DNA of 64,000 nucleotides from Hypanus sabinus. Its lineage: Eukaryota. Location: positions 1 through 64,000 of the forward strand of contig NW_026779730.1 in the NCBI RefSeq assembly GCF_030144855.1, read 5' to 3'. Made by a program: the position numbers and the translations under genes. How positions within the stretch are numbered: the first letter of the stretch is position 1; every line of letters begins with the position of its first letter. Of this stretch, positions 23,451 through 36,343 are shown piece by piece. The notes beneath the pieces were generated by a model. That model did not search any database, had not been told where the DNA came from, and saw nothing but the letters and a program-made list of their open reading frames with translations.

Positions 23451-23959
23451 ATCGACGTGAAAAGGAGGTGTTGGAGAAGGTTATTTGGCCTGCACTGCTG
23501 TCAGTCAGATCACAGCTGATCTGGCTGTGGCATCACCTCCGTTTCCTGATCAACTGTAATTGAACAAATCCACTTGTCTGTGCTTTAAATGTATTTAATG
23601 AGGCAGCCCCCACTGCTTCCCTGGACTGAGAATTCCACAGATTCACTGCTCTCTGAGCAAAGCAGTTTCTCCTCATCTCTGTCCTGATACACTCCGAATC
23701 TTGATGCTCTGCCCAAGAGTGGAGGGGTGCTGAGCAGGATTGAAATTCCTCTGGTCCTTCTACAGGGAACACTCTAAATAAAACAGTTCAGGGCGAGGTG
23801 GGGAGCTGTGTCGACTTTCTGCACCCACCCAATACTGAGTTGTTGTGGAGTGGCTGACGATATCAATGATAGCAGATCAGATGGGGAGGGTCAGACTTGA
23901 AGGGCAGAGGTAAAAAAGCAACCAGGTCACAGTCAGGGGATGTGCTGGCTTTCTCAAAA

Positions 23960-24430
23960 AACCTTGAGTATTGTGTCCAGTTCTGGTCATTATAGGAAGT
24001 TTTATCTGGATGCTGCCTGGATTAGAGGGCATGTCTTACGAAGAAAGTTCGAGTGAGCTCGGGCTTTTCTCTTTGGAGTGAAGGAAGTGAGAAGTGTCTT
24101 GATTGAGGTGTACGAGATGATGAGAAGCAGAGATTATAAAAGTCAGCGCCTTTTTCCCAGGGTGGCAGTGACCGATACAAAAAACATCCATTGAAGGTGA
24201 TTGGAGGGAAGTATAGGGGGGATGTCAGAGGTAGGTTTTATACACAGAGGGTGGTGAGTACATGGGACACACTACCAGGGGTGGAGGTAGAGGCAGATAC
24301 GTTAGGGACATTTAAGAGACTCTTGGATAGTCGCATTGATGATAGAGAAATGGAGGGTTATGTGGGTGGGGAGGGTTAGATTGATTGTGGAGTAGCTGAA
24401 AATGTAGGCTAACAGCTTGTACTGTTTTAT
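23960..24430 (+). mobile_element. CR1 LINE 3' fragment
   Basis: EYCVQFW-like sequence and RFYTQRVVSTW..FKRLLD. Confidence 0.8.
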
Positions 24431-24953
24431 ATTGTTATTACGGTGGCTGAATGTGTACATACAACGGATGGGAGCTGTGGTGGTGCCATGGTCTCACCCA
24501 TCTGGGTCACGGTCAGGGACTGTGCCAGCTCTCTTCAAACCCTGGCTTGCTCTTGTGGCAGAATACATCAGTAGGTGGCAGGCGAGGGGGGATGTGGTTG
24601 GTCTGCTCCTCCTCCTATGTGGCTTAAATGGAGAAATAGTCAAGGTCAGGAGGTGTGACCATGAAAAACCCTGAGTTGACATGGTTTCAGAATGTATTAA
24701 TGCAGAAATTGGGCAGGGACACCAAGAGAGTGGGTGAACAGATTCAGTGGGTGGGGTGGAGCAGATTCTGCGAGGAGAGGTCTTGATGACTGGCCTGTCC
24801 AACTTCTGCGGGACTTAATGGGAAAACAGTCCTGGCCATGGTCAGGGATATGTTGGCTTCCTGTGTTCAGTGGGTGAGGAGGAGGAGGAGACTCTGGCCT
24901 TGCACTGACCTCCCATTGCTTTTCTTCTCCCAAACACATCCACCATCCCACAG

Positions 24954-25428
24954 GTTCGCATCAAGGAGAGGCCAGCCCGCCAGGACCCAGAGACGGGAGG
25001 AACGGAAGCCCCAGCCGACGTGCGGACTCTCCTTCGCGGCATCCTAGAGTTGCTGAAACCTGGGGAGACAGTGGCGGGTGCCCTGCGACGGCTGGGCGGG
25101 GGTGCTGGCAGCAGATCAAAGCGCCCCTGGGAGTCACGGAGGAAGCGGAGGAAGAAGGAGGGGAAAGAGGAGGAGGAGGTGCAGGAGGGAGGGGAGGAGA
25201 AGCCCAGCCAGAAGGAGCAGTTGGATCGGCTAACGGGGCTAGCAGACCAGATGGTGGCCTGGGGTGAGTTCGAAATCTACCAGCACACCTATGAGAGGCT
25301 GGGGTACCGGCTGAAGAAGGGCGAGAGCCATAAGCCTCCTTCCAAAGGAGAACACACCCCCAGTATCGACATGTTCGCGGAACAGATCGATGAAACAGCA
25401 CTGGCATCGAGGCAGGAAAAAGAGGAGG
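24954..25428 (+). CDS. CD2BP2: CD2BP2 coding exon 4
   Basis: VRIKERP, LELLKPGETVAGALRRLG, LDRLTGLADQMV, SIDMFAE; phase 0-1. Confidence 0.96.
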
Positions 25429-25454
25429 GTGAGTGACGGGGGGGGGGGGGGGGA

Positions 25455-25850
25455 GGGAGGGATCTGTGCACAGACGAGAGTCTCTCAGTCCATCTCTCTC
25501 AGAGGGAGATTTGTACACTGACTAATGTCTCTTGGGGGGGAGATTTGTCCTCTAACCAGTGTCTCTCAGAGGGAGATCTGTGTACTGACCAGGGTCTCTC
25601 AGTCCCTCACTCTCACAGGGAGATCTGTACACTGACCGGTGTCTCTCAGTCCCTCTTTCTCAGAGAGAGATCTCTATGCGAACTGATGTCTCTCAGTCCC
25701 TCATTCTCACAAGGAAATCTGTACACTGACTGCTGTCTCTCAATCCCTCTCTCTGTCGGGGAAATCTGTACACTGACCGGTGTCTCTCAGCCCCTCTCTC
25801 TCAGGGGTGATCTGTACAATGACCAGGCTGTTTGTCTCTCTCCTGCCCAG
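25455..25850 (+). repeat. ~45-bp minisatellite (GGGAGATCTGTACACTGACCGGTGTCTCTC...CTCTCTCAG), degenerate array
   Basis: About 8-9 units filling CD2BP2 intron 4; same family as 37850-38405. Confidence 0.9.
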
Positions 25851-25951
25851 GTTCCTGCCCGGTTGAGCTTCCAGATGTGATGTGGGAGTACAAGTGGGAG
25901 AACACAGATGATGCAGAGATCTATGGCCCCTTCTCAAGCGCCCAGATGCAG
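25851..25951 (+). CDS. CD2BP2: CD2BP2 coding exon 5 (GYF domain N-half)
   Basis: [26 protein letters not shown]; phase 1-0. Confidence 0.97.
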
Positions 25952-26384
25952 GTACACGCCTGCCGGGAGGAGATCTCTCCGCCAACCTTTGTCTCTTCAC
26001 ACTTACATCGATTGCTGAAAGGCCTTGCGTGTCAGGGGGAGGGTTGGAGGAAGATCTCAATTGTGGGTCCCTATCGCTGCCCATGGAAATTCAGGGGTGC
26101 TGCAGTATCTGTAGTGGATGGGTGGGTGTGAGCAGCCTTTCTCCCACATCCCTTCTTCCCTCCTCTCATTCCCCTTACACCCATCCCCTTTCTCCCCAGT
26201 TCCCCCCTTTGATCCCCTCTCACCCCTGCCCCAACCCTTCCCCTTCCCCACACTCCTTCCTCTGAATCTCTTCACCATTCTACATCCTGTGTGTCCCTTT
26301 CCCCCCTCCCTAACCTTCCCCACCCTTTTTCCTTCCTGCCCCACCCATCCCACACTGACACTTTTCCATTCTCACTCCCCACAG

Positions 26385-26495
26385 GACTGGGCTGACCAGG
26401 ACTTCTTTGGGTCTGGTGTGTACTGCCGCAGGGTGGGGCAGCCCTCTGCCCCTTTCTACTGTTCCCGCCGCATCGACTTCAGCCTCTACACATGA
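26385..26495 (+). CDS. CD2BP2: CD2BP2 coding exon 6 (GYF domain C-half, stop)
   Basis: DWADQDFFGSGVYCRRV..FYCSRRIDFSLYT* vs human TWVSEGYFPDGVYCRK..FYNSKRIDFDLYT*; total CDS 1038 nt. Confidence 0.96.
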   Translation, partial: DWADQDFFGSGVYCRRVGQPSAPFYCSRRIDFSLYT

Positions 26496-27734
26496 CCTCC
26501 GCAGAAGGAGGAGGCATAGTGACTGCTGCCCTCCAGCCCTGCCAATCCACCATGGAAAACATTGCTGTCTGCGGATCTCCCCGCATCGGGGGGTGGGCTG
26601 GGGAATGGCCCAAGTGCACCCTTCCCTCTCCGTGTGTGAGAGCAGATGGGTACATCGCGGCTAACTTCTGCAGGTGTATGTGAGAGTATGTGTGTGTGTG
26701 GACTTGCGTGATTGTGTGAAAGTGCATGAGAGTTCATGTACTTAAGAATCTGTGTGTGTGTGTGTGCGCGCGTGCTTATGTGGGCTAAAAGAGTGATTAA
26801 CTGTGTTTGACTGTGAGAGTGTGTGCCCCTGAGTGTGTCTGTGTGAGGGAGAAGCGTGTATTGACTTGTGCCTGGGTGTGTTTGCCAGTGTCAACCTGAA
26901 CCTTGCCTTCCCCTCCTGTAAAATGCACACCCATCTCTGTCTCGACCCCCGCATCTGTGTCCGCATGTGGTTCAGTCTCTCGCCTTGTACAGCCCCTGCC
27001 CCTCCCATGCACACAGCATCTTGTGTCCGCACCTGCCATCTGCGTTTTCGGTTTATCTGCACCTCACTGTGTACATGATCAACTCTTGTCGGGCTGCTGT
27101 CTGTGTGTGTGCACACACGTGTCTCATGTGTGTACTTTGTGATCTGCATTTCTCTCAATATAAATGCGAGTTGTTTGAACACATGTTTTTCCTTCAGCTC
27201 TGGGATACGGGGCCATTGTCTGTCTTTGGGTGACAGAATCAGCGTGGGGTTGGGAAGGTTAACTCACGTGGCTGGCTGCATGTACCACACATGGAAAATG
27301 TGTTTTGGGGAGAGGGTAGGGGTGGATGGGGAGCCAAGGAAGCAGACTGGACAGTGTCAAGCTCCTCAAGAGTGGTTGGACCCAGGAAACTGTAGATTGT
27401 CCCATCACACTCCTGACCTGTAGATGTGGGCAAGGTTATGTGGTGGATGTGGGGTGTATGTGGAACTGGAGTGTACCCTGTTGTATTCATGTTCACGTGG
27501 GCTGGCTGGCTTACTTCTACCCACCTGCGCTGTCCCTGAACACAGTACAAATGTTGGATCAGTAATTTCCTGGTCAAAGTCTCAATCACACAGACGGAAG
27601 CAAGCTTTTCGGGAAGCTGGTCCTAGCAAGGTCTTAAGGAACTGAACTAGTCCCATTTTTTCATATCTCTCCAAATCGGGTTCCCAACCTTTATGCCATA
27701 GATCCCTACCATTAACCAAGGAGTCTAGGAAGTC

Positions 27735-29060
27735 CTGCACTAAACCTTTCCTCTCTGTGTACTTGTCCAAGTAACTTTTAAATGTTGTTAATGTCCATGC
27801 CTCAACCACTCACCCAGGCAGCTTGTTCTGTATATGGATGACCCTCTGGGTGAAAATTTCTCCTCAGGTTTCTATGAAATCTCTTACCTCTCACCTTAAA
27901 CCTGTGCCCTCTAGTTTTTGACTCCTCAACCCTGAGAGAAAAAGACTATTACATTCACTGCTAATGACTGTACACACCTCTGTAAAGTCTCCTATGCTCC
28001 AAGGAATAAAGTCCCTATCTCCTTGGCCTCTCCCCATAACTCAGTCCTTCAAGTCCTATCAACATCCTTGTAAATCTCCTCTGCACTCTTTCCAGCTCAT
28101 AGCAACTTTAAAAGGATCACCCAAACAGAACAGTTCTCCAAGTGTGGCCTCACCACCTGCAACATAACATCCTAACTCCTATACTAAGTGCTCTGGCTGA
28201 TGAGGCCAACGTGCCAAATGCCTTCTTCATCTCCCTGTCTACTTATGACTCCACTCTCTGGGAACCATGCACTTATATCCTTAGGTCCCTCTCCTACAAC
28301 ACTCCCAGATTCCTGCCATTCACTGTGAAAGTCCTGTCTTCATTTGCCTCCTGAAATTCAACATCTCACACCTATCTAAACGCCATTTGCCATTCCTTGA
28401 CCCACTTACCCAGTTGATCGAGATTCCCCTGTGAATAACTATAGTAACCATTCACAGGGATTAGCACGAGGGTTAGTATATCTTTTCAGGCCGAACAGTC
28501 CCAGCATTTACACAGAACAAGTCAGCACAGGAACAGGCCCTTCAGCTGAGTTGAACGCAATCTCATCTGCTTACACAATGTCTATAACTCTCCATTCCCT
28601 ACACATCATGTACCTATCTGAGAGTTTCATAAACACCCTCTATTGTATCTGCCTCCACTACCAATATTTTTGATGCATATTCCAGGCACCCACCACCCTA
28701 AAAACTTTTGCCTGCACACCTCCTTCGAATTTACCCCTTCTCACCTTAAATGCATGTCCTCTGGTATTAGATATTTCAAACCCAAGAGAAAAAGATACTA
28801 GCTGTTCATCAGTGCCTCCCACATCTAATACACCTCCATCAGGTCTCCTCTCAGCCTCCACCACTCCAGAGGAAACAGCCAAAGTTTGTCTAACCTTTCC
28901 TGATAGCACATGCTCTCTAATCCAGGCAGCATCCTGGTTGAACCTGTTCTGCACCCTCTCCAAAGCCCCCACAACCTTCCTGTAATGGGGCGATCAGAAC
29001 TGAGTGCAATCCTTCAGATTCGCCTGACCAAAGTTTTATAAAGCTGCAATATAACTTCCC
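27735..29060 (-). mobile_element. CR1 LINE 3' fragments (at least two)
   Basis: ALERVQNRF and NTRGHAFKVRRGKF on minus. Confidence 0.75.
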
Positions 29061-29569
29061 ATGATGTATGCCTTCTTTACCACCTGTCTATGTTAAGAAA
29101 GACTTTTCATACAGGGAGTGTTTGAAGCCTCTGGGCTTGTACTTGATGGGTGGTGGAAGATAGTGCAAATCTCATCAAAACCCCTCTATCAAGTACATTT
29201 ATAGAGAGTGTCACCCATCATCAAAGAGCCCACCTGTCCTCTTGTTACTGCCATTGAGCAGGAGGTACTGGAGCCTGAGGTGCCACACCAGCAGGTTCAG
29301 GAACAGTTATTACCCTTAGCATGGATAACCTTACTCACTTCAACTTTGACTGATTGTGTGCCCTACAGACTCACTTTCAAGGATTCTTTACAACTCATCT
29401 TCTCAGTACTGTTTTTATTTGCAGTTAGTCTTTTGTTAAGTCTTCGTCTGTTTATGTATAGGTTTTTTTGTACAATTTTATTGTATTTTTTCCATAAAAC
29501 ACATGAACAGAATTAGGCCATTCCATCATGGCTGATTTATTATCCCTCTCATCCCCATTCTCCTGCCTT

Positions 29570-30240
29570 TGTCGTGGTTTCTCGTGCCCCAGAAACGACC
29601 AAGAGACGCAGAAGATTCTTCAAGAAGGGTTAAACTTTAATTTGCAAATCAAAGCTGAGACAGTCATTGAGCTAGTCGCTGATTGCCCACCGATCTCTGG
29701 ACACAGCATTTTTTATAGCAATCTCCTGGTCCAGTTGCATTAGCATATGTAATCGATGACATGTACATCTTTTGCCCCTATTGTTTTTACCCATTGATTT
29801 AATCATGTTCTAATCTACATCTCTTTAGCTACCTCTCATTAACACACCATTGTCTTCTACATTCTTAAGATTTCATTCTCCTACTAAATTGGGTACATGC
29901 ATAGCAAATAGCAGACTCAGAACTGACCAATGTTCTAATCTACATCTCTTTAGCTACCTCTCATTAACACCATTGTCTTCTACATTCTTAAGATTTCATT
30001 CTCTAGCAAATAGCAAGTTTGCATTCTTAATACTTCATTCTCCTGCTAAATAGGGTACATGCATAGCAAATAGCAAGTTTCAAAGCTGACTGCATCTTTT
30101 TAGCTACCTTTAATACACCATTGTCTTCTACATTTCTAGGATTTCATTTTGGATACATGCATAGCAAGCTGACTACATAGTTTTGGTTACACAGCAAATA
30201 ATACAACTTTTATACTCCATAATATTTTTATACTCCAATA
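29570..30240 (-). mobile_element. Solo LTR with internal duplications, inserted in a CR1 fragment
   Basis: TSD CCTT at 29566-29569 / 30241-30244; host CR1 resumes (ctcctgcctt|ctccccataacc); minus-strand TATA (GCTATAAAAA) and ATTAAA; ends are TG..TA. Confidence 0.75.
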
Positions 30241-31832
30241 CCTTCTCCCCATAACCTTTGACACCCTCACTAATCAAGAACCTCTTTACCTCTGCTTTAA
30301 ATATACTAATGAATTCCACAGATTCACCATTTTCTGGCTAAAGAAATTCTTTATCTCTGTTCTAAAGAGATCTCCTTGTATTCTGAGGCTGCGCCGTCTG
30401 GTCCTAGACTCCCTCACTTTTGGGAATATCCTCTTCACGTCCACTCGATGTTGGTCTTTAATATTTAATAGGTTTCAATGAGATTCCCCTCATTCTTCTA
30501 AGCTACAGCAAGTGCAGGCCCAGGGCCATCAAACGCTCATACATTAACCTTATTGTTCCCAGGATCATTTTCATGAGCTCCCTCTGGATCCTCTCTAATG
30601 CCAGCACATCCTTTCTTAGATAAAGGGCCTAAAACTGATCACAATACTCCATGTGGTCTAACCATTGCCTTATAAAGCCTCAGCATTACATCCTTGCTGT
30701 AAATGCCTGCAAGAAAATGAATCTCAAGGTAGTATATCATAACATAATCAACCAAAAAAAAACTATTTTGAACTTTGGATACTGAATGGCCTGGACAGAA
30801 CAGACATGGAGAGAACATCTCCATCAGTAGGGTAGTCTGAGACCCAAGGGTACAGCCCAAGATCTGTCCTATTAGATCTGAAATGACAGAGGATGAAGCC
30901 TCCAGAATACTGATGGTGAGGAGGGCTGAGCCTGTCATGGAGCTGGCTGGGTCTACAACCTTATGAGCCTCAGTACCAGGTGATGATGCAACCAGTCAAG
31001 GCCCTCAATTCCATGTTTGTAGATAGTATCATTGACGCAGGGAGTCTTCAGGTTGGGAGGGTGGGGTAAAGCGGTGACACACAACTGTGTGGGTGATACT
31101 CTTTAGTAGGAAGAATAAAGGTATCAACTTTTCTAACTGGGGAGGGAACAGAATTGAACTTGGGAGTCCTTGTGCAGAATTCCCTCAAAGTTAAATTGCA
31201 GGTTGAGTTGGTAGTAAGAAGGGCAGATGCAATGTTAGCATTCATTTCCAGAGAGTAGAAGATAAAAGCCATGATGTACTGCTGAAGCTTTACAAGGTGT
31301 TGGTCGGACCATATTTAGAGTATTGTGAACAGTTTTGGGCCTTGTATTTAAGGAAGGATGAGAGGGTCTAACAGAGGTTTGTGAGAATGATCCAGGGAAT
31401 CATATGGTTAAGATATTTTAAGAGTGTTTGCATGACATTGAACCACCTTAACCTAAGAAGGACTCAAGGAATGGAAGACTCCATGTATAAGGAGTGTGGG
31501 CCTGTACACGATGGAATTCCAAAGGATGAGAACTCATTGAAACCTACTGGATGTTGAAAGGCCTGGATTGAGTGGACTTGGAGAGGTTGTCTCCATCATT
31601 AGGACAGTAGGATCTGAGGGCCTCAGAAAACATGGGCATCACTTTGAAACTTAGATGAGAAAGAATTCCTTCAGGTAGAGGTCAGTGCATCTGTAGAATT
31701 TGTTGACAGTGAGGGCAAAGATTCATCGGCAGTAGGGGAGAGGGGTGGATAAGAGATAAAGGGAGACCAGGGATGAGTGACAAAGGAAAAATCAGCCACA
31801 ATAAACCTCCAGTCTCTCCATGAAGACCAGAA

Positions 31833-31970
<138 letters not shown>

Positions 31971-33109
31971 TCAGTTAATGTCCAAGAGAGTCTGGGACTT
32001 TGGGATTTCCCCTTTGCAGAGTAACACAATGAGGAAGAGCTCCTGAGATAACTTCTTGAGACCGTTCCACCCAACCTGGTCCATGCGATCAAGTTTCCCA
32101 GGTAAACTCCTCCCAGTTGCCCATGTTATGCCCACAAGCCAGATTTATTATCACGGATAAGAAATATATTATTGCACAATAGTATAGTGCAAAGATTTAT
32201 AGTCACTATAACAAATAAATACTGTAGTGTAAAAAAAAACAGGAATAACAAGGTATTCATGAGTTCGTGGACGGTTGATAAATCTGATTGCAGGGGGAAG
32301 AAGCTGTTCCTAAAATATTGGGAGTGGGTCTCCCAGCTACTGTACGACCTCCCCAATGGTAGTAATGAGAAGAGGGCATGTCCCGGGTGGTGCGAGGCCT
32401 TAATGGTGGATGCTGCCTTCTTGAGGGATTGCCTCTTGAAGGTGGAGAGAATTATGCCTGTATCAAAGCTGGCTGAGTCTACAACCCTCTGTGGCCTCTT
32501 GGATTCCTGTGCATTGGAACTTCAAAATAAGATGGTGATACAACTAATCAGAATGCATTCTACCATACATGTATAGAATTTTGCAAGTCTTTGATAACAT
32601 TTTGAATCTTTCAAACTCTGAACAAAGTACAGCTACTGGTGTGCCTTCTTTATAATTACATTAAAATATGTTGGGCTAAGGATAGGTCCTGAGATGTTGA
32701 TGTCCAGGAAATTACAGTTGCTCACCATTTCCACTGCTGATCCCTCACTGAGGACTAGTGTGTGTTCTCCTGACTCCCCTTCCTGAAGGCCACAATCAGT
32801 TGTTCATCTCTATGCTTCAAAGAAAAGATGCCCTAACTTGCACAAAATCTTCCCATAACTCAGTCTATCGAGTCTCAGCTACATCTACATCAATATCCCT
32901 TGAACACAATATTCCAAGTGATCATTATCCAAATTAAACTGTATTTGCCAATCTTCAGCCCATGTTCCCAGCTGATTGAGATCCCTCTGTAAATTCTGAT
33001 AACCATCTTCACTGCACACGACACCATCAATTTCAATGTCGTCTGCAAACTTATGAACCATGCCTTGTACATTCTCATCCAAACTGTTGATACAGATGAA
33101 TTGCAAAAG

Positions 33110-33690
33110 GTGGTTTGCAGGTGCAGCAGGCTATCAAGAATGCAAATGGAACATTGCGCTTCGTTGCTAGAGGGATTGGATTTAAGAGCAGGGAGGTTAT
33201 GTTGCAACTGTACAGGTACTGGTGAGGCTGCACCTGAAGTACTGTGTGCACTTCTGGTCTCCTTGCTTGAGGAAGCATATTCTGTCTTTGGAGGTGGTGC
33301 AGAGGAGGTTCACCAGGTTGATTCCAGAGATGAGGGGGTTAGACTATGAGGAGAGATTGAGTCACCTGGGACTGTACTTGCTGGAATTTAGAAGAATGAG
33401 AGGAGATCTTATAGAAACATATAAAATTATGAAAAAAGGATAGAAAAGATAGAGGCAGGAAAGTTGTTTCCACTGGTAGGTGAGTCTAGAACTAGGGGAC
33501 ATTGCCTCAAGATTCAGTAGAGTAAATTTAGGTTGGATGGATTTTTGCATAGTAGGGGAATTAAGAGTTATGGGGAAAAGGCAGGTAGGTAGAGATGAAC
33601 CATGGTCAGATCGGCCATGATCTTATTGAATAGTGGAACAGGCTCGACAGAACAGATAGCCTACTCCTGCACCTAGTTCTATATTCTGAA
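33110..33690 (+). mobile_element. CR1 LINE 3' fragment
   Basis: KYCVHFWSP..VQRRFTRLIP..RRMRGDLIETYKIMK. Confidence 0.85.
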
Positions 33691-34524
33691 AGCAATGGAC
33701 CCTGGGGAAAACCATTTGTTTGAGTGACAACCTTACATCCTTACCCTTTGCTTCCTACCATTGAATTGATTGGGTGTTTAATTAGCCAGCTCTCTGGAAC
33801 CTGCGTCATTGATCTTTCCAGAGCACCCTCCCTTCTATACACCAAAGCAAAAAAGTCCCTGATTAACCTCTCTCCATAACTCAGTCCCAGCAATACCCTC
33901 ATAAATCTCCTCTTCACTCATTCTTATAGCAGGGTGACCAAAACTAAACACAATACAGGGGTCCCTGATGATGGATGCTCCTTTCCTGTGATAGCACTCC
34001 ATGTGGATGTGCTCAATGGCAGGGAGTGCCTTACTGTGATGGACTGGCTTGTATCCACTACTGTAGGATTTCCCATTCAAGGGCATCAGTGTTTCCATAC
34101 CTGGCTGTGATGCAGTCAGTCAATATACTCTCCGCTACATATCTATAGAAGTTTGTCAAAGTTTTAGATGACTTGCCAAATCTGCATAAATTCTTAAGAA
34201 AGTGTCTTTGTAATGACACTTGCTCACTCAGGACAGATCCTCTGAAATGATAACACTGAGGAATTTGAAGCTGCTGACTCTCTCCAACCTGATGAGGACT
34301 GGCTTGTGGTTCTCTGATTTCCTCCTCCTGAAGTCAATAATCATCCCTTTGGTTTTAAGACCATAAAATATAGGAGCAGAGTTAGACCATTTGGCCCATC
34401 AAGTTTACTCCACCATTTCATCATGGCTGATCCATTTCTCTCTCAGCCCCAATCTCCTGCCTTAAAAATACTCAATGACTCGGTCTCCACAGCAACTAAT
34501 TACATTGATTCACCACTCCGGCTA

Positions 34525-34962
34525 TAAAGCCATCCTACTATATGGATCCAAAACATGGAGAATCACTAACACCAGCTGCAACAAGATCCAGACCTTTCTC
34601 AACAAATGCCTCCGGCAGATCCTCCGCCTCAAGTGGTACGACAGAGTGTCAAACCTAGATCTATGGAAGAGAGCAAACCATGAGCCCATTGTATTCCAGA
34701 TAAGGAGGAGGAAGTGGAGATGGGTCGGCCACACCTTGAGAAAGAGCCAGTCGAATGTCACTCCACAATCACTCGAATGGAATCCACAAGGGAAGAAAAG
34801 AAGAGGTTGCCTAAAGAAAACCTGGGGGCGTAGGCTTTTGGATGAACTGAAAGCCGCCGGCCAAACTTGAGGGACTGCAAAAACATCTGCTGGAGATTGC
34901 AGAAAGTGGAGGACTTTTGTTGAGGACCTATGCCCCATAAGGAGCGAAAAGGATTAAAGAAG
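34525..34962 (+). mobile_element. 5'-truncated RTE-clade LINE with 13-bp TSD
   Basis: LLYGSKTW..CLRQIL..WRWVGHTLRK..LEWNPQGKKRRG; TSD ACCACTCC(G/A)GCTA at 34512-34524 / 34963-34975. Confidence 0.85.
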
Positions 34963-36343
34963 ACCACTCCAGCTACAGAGATTCCTCCTCCTCTCTGTTT
35001 TGCTGACATTGGGTGACAGATTGTTGTTGTGGCACCACTTTGCCGGATCTTCAATGTCCCTCCTATGTGCTGAAGTGAATGTAGTCATTATTACTAAGGA
35101 AAAGGTGCTTGGGAAGCCGGAAGGTCTGAAGTCACCTGGATCAGATTGTAGAGGCATTACTAGTGATCTTTCAATGATCACTAGATTCTGGAAGGAGGCA
35201 AAAAACAGGAAATTATAGGCCAGGTAGCCTAACTTCAGTTGTTTCAGTCCATTATTAAGGATGTGGTTTTGGAGCACTTGGAGGCCCATGATAAAACAGG
35301 TGGCAGTCAGCATGGTTTCCTTAAGGGGAAAATCTTGCCTGATATATCTATTGGAAATCTTTGAGAAAGGACAGACAAAAGAGAGTTGGTGGATATTGTT
35401 TACTTGGATTTTCAGAAGGCCTTTCTGAGGTGCTGCACAAGAGGCTGCTGAGCAAGATAAGAGCCCATGCTATTATAGGGAAGATCGAAGAGGCTGACTG
35501 GCAGGAGGCAGAATGAGAATAAAGGGGGCTTTTCCTGCCTTTGGTGATTAGTGGTGTTTCACAGGGGTTGGTTTTGGGATAGCTACTTTTCACGTTATAC
35601 GTTGAATATCTGGATGACAGAATGATGACTTTGTGCCCAAAATTTTGGGGAAGATAATGGGGTTAGGAGAGAAAATAAATCGGCCATAATTGAATGGCGT
35701 GCAGACTCAATGGGCTAGATAGTCTACTTCTGCTCCTAGTCTTAAAGTTTTATGGTCACAGCTCAGCAGATCATGGAAACCCCGTGGACGCTGTCTAGAC
35801 TTTCCACTGCCTTGGTGAAGCAGCAGTAGATAGAAAAGCGTGAAAGTACGTCCCACCAAGATCAAACACAGTTTCTACCCTGCTGTAAAAAGGCTACTGA
35901 ACATTCCCTAGGTTAAATAAGGTGGACCCTTGACCTCACAGCCTACACTGTCAAGGCATTGCAGCCTATTGTCTGTAATTGTAACACATCATCCTGCATT
36001 TTGTTATTGCTCATCCAAAGTACTACCACAATGTTTATTTCGGTGGCAGTGTGGAGATACATCTCCACCAAAGGAGATGTAAAGCTCTCCTTTCCTTCGC
36101 TAACCTGCAGGTCACCCTTGGGCAAGATGCAGCACCTGCTTTGCCCCCGATCAGGGTCATGTGAAGCCATGGGAGTAGGTAGTGGACATCACAAGTCCAG
36201 GTTATGTGACCACTGACACCAGGCAGACTATCTCTGAACAGTGTTGATAATGGCTGGGGTCATCCATCTTGTAAGGACACTGCCCAGAGGAAGGCAATGC
36301 AAACCACTTCTGAAGGAAAATTGCCAAGAACAATCATGGTCAC

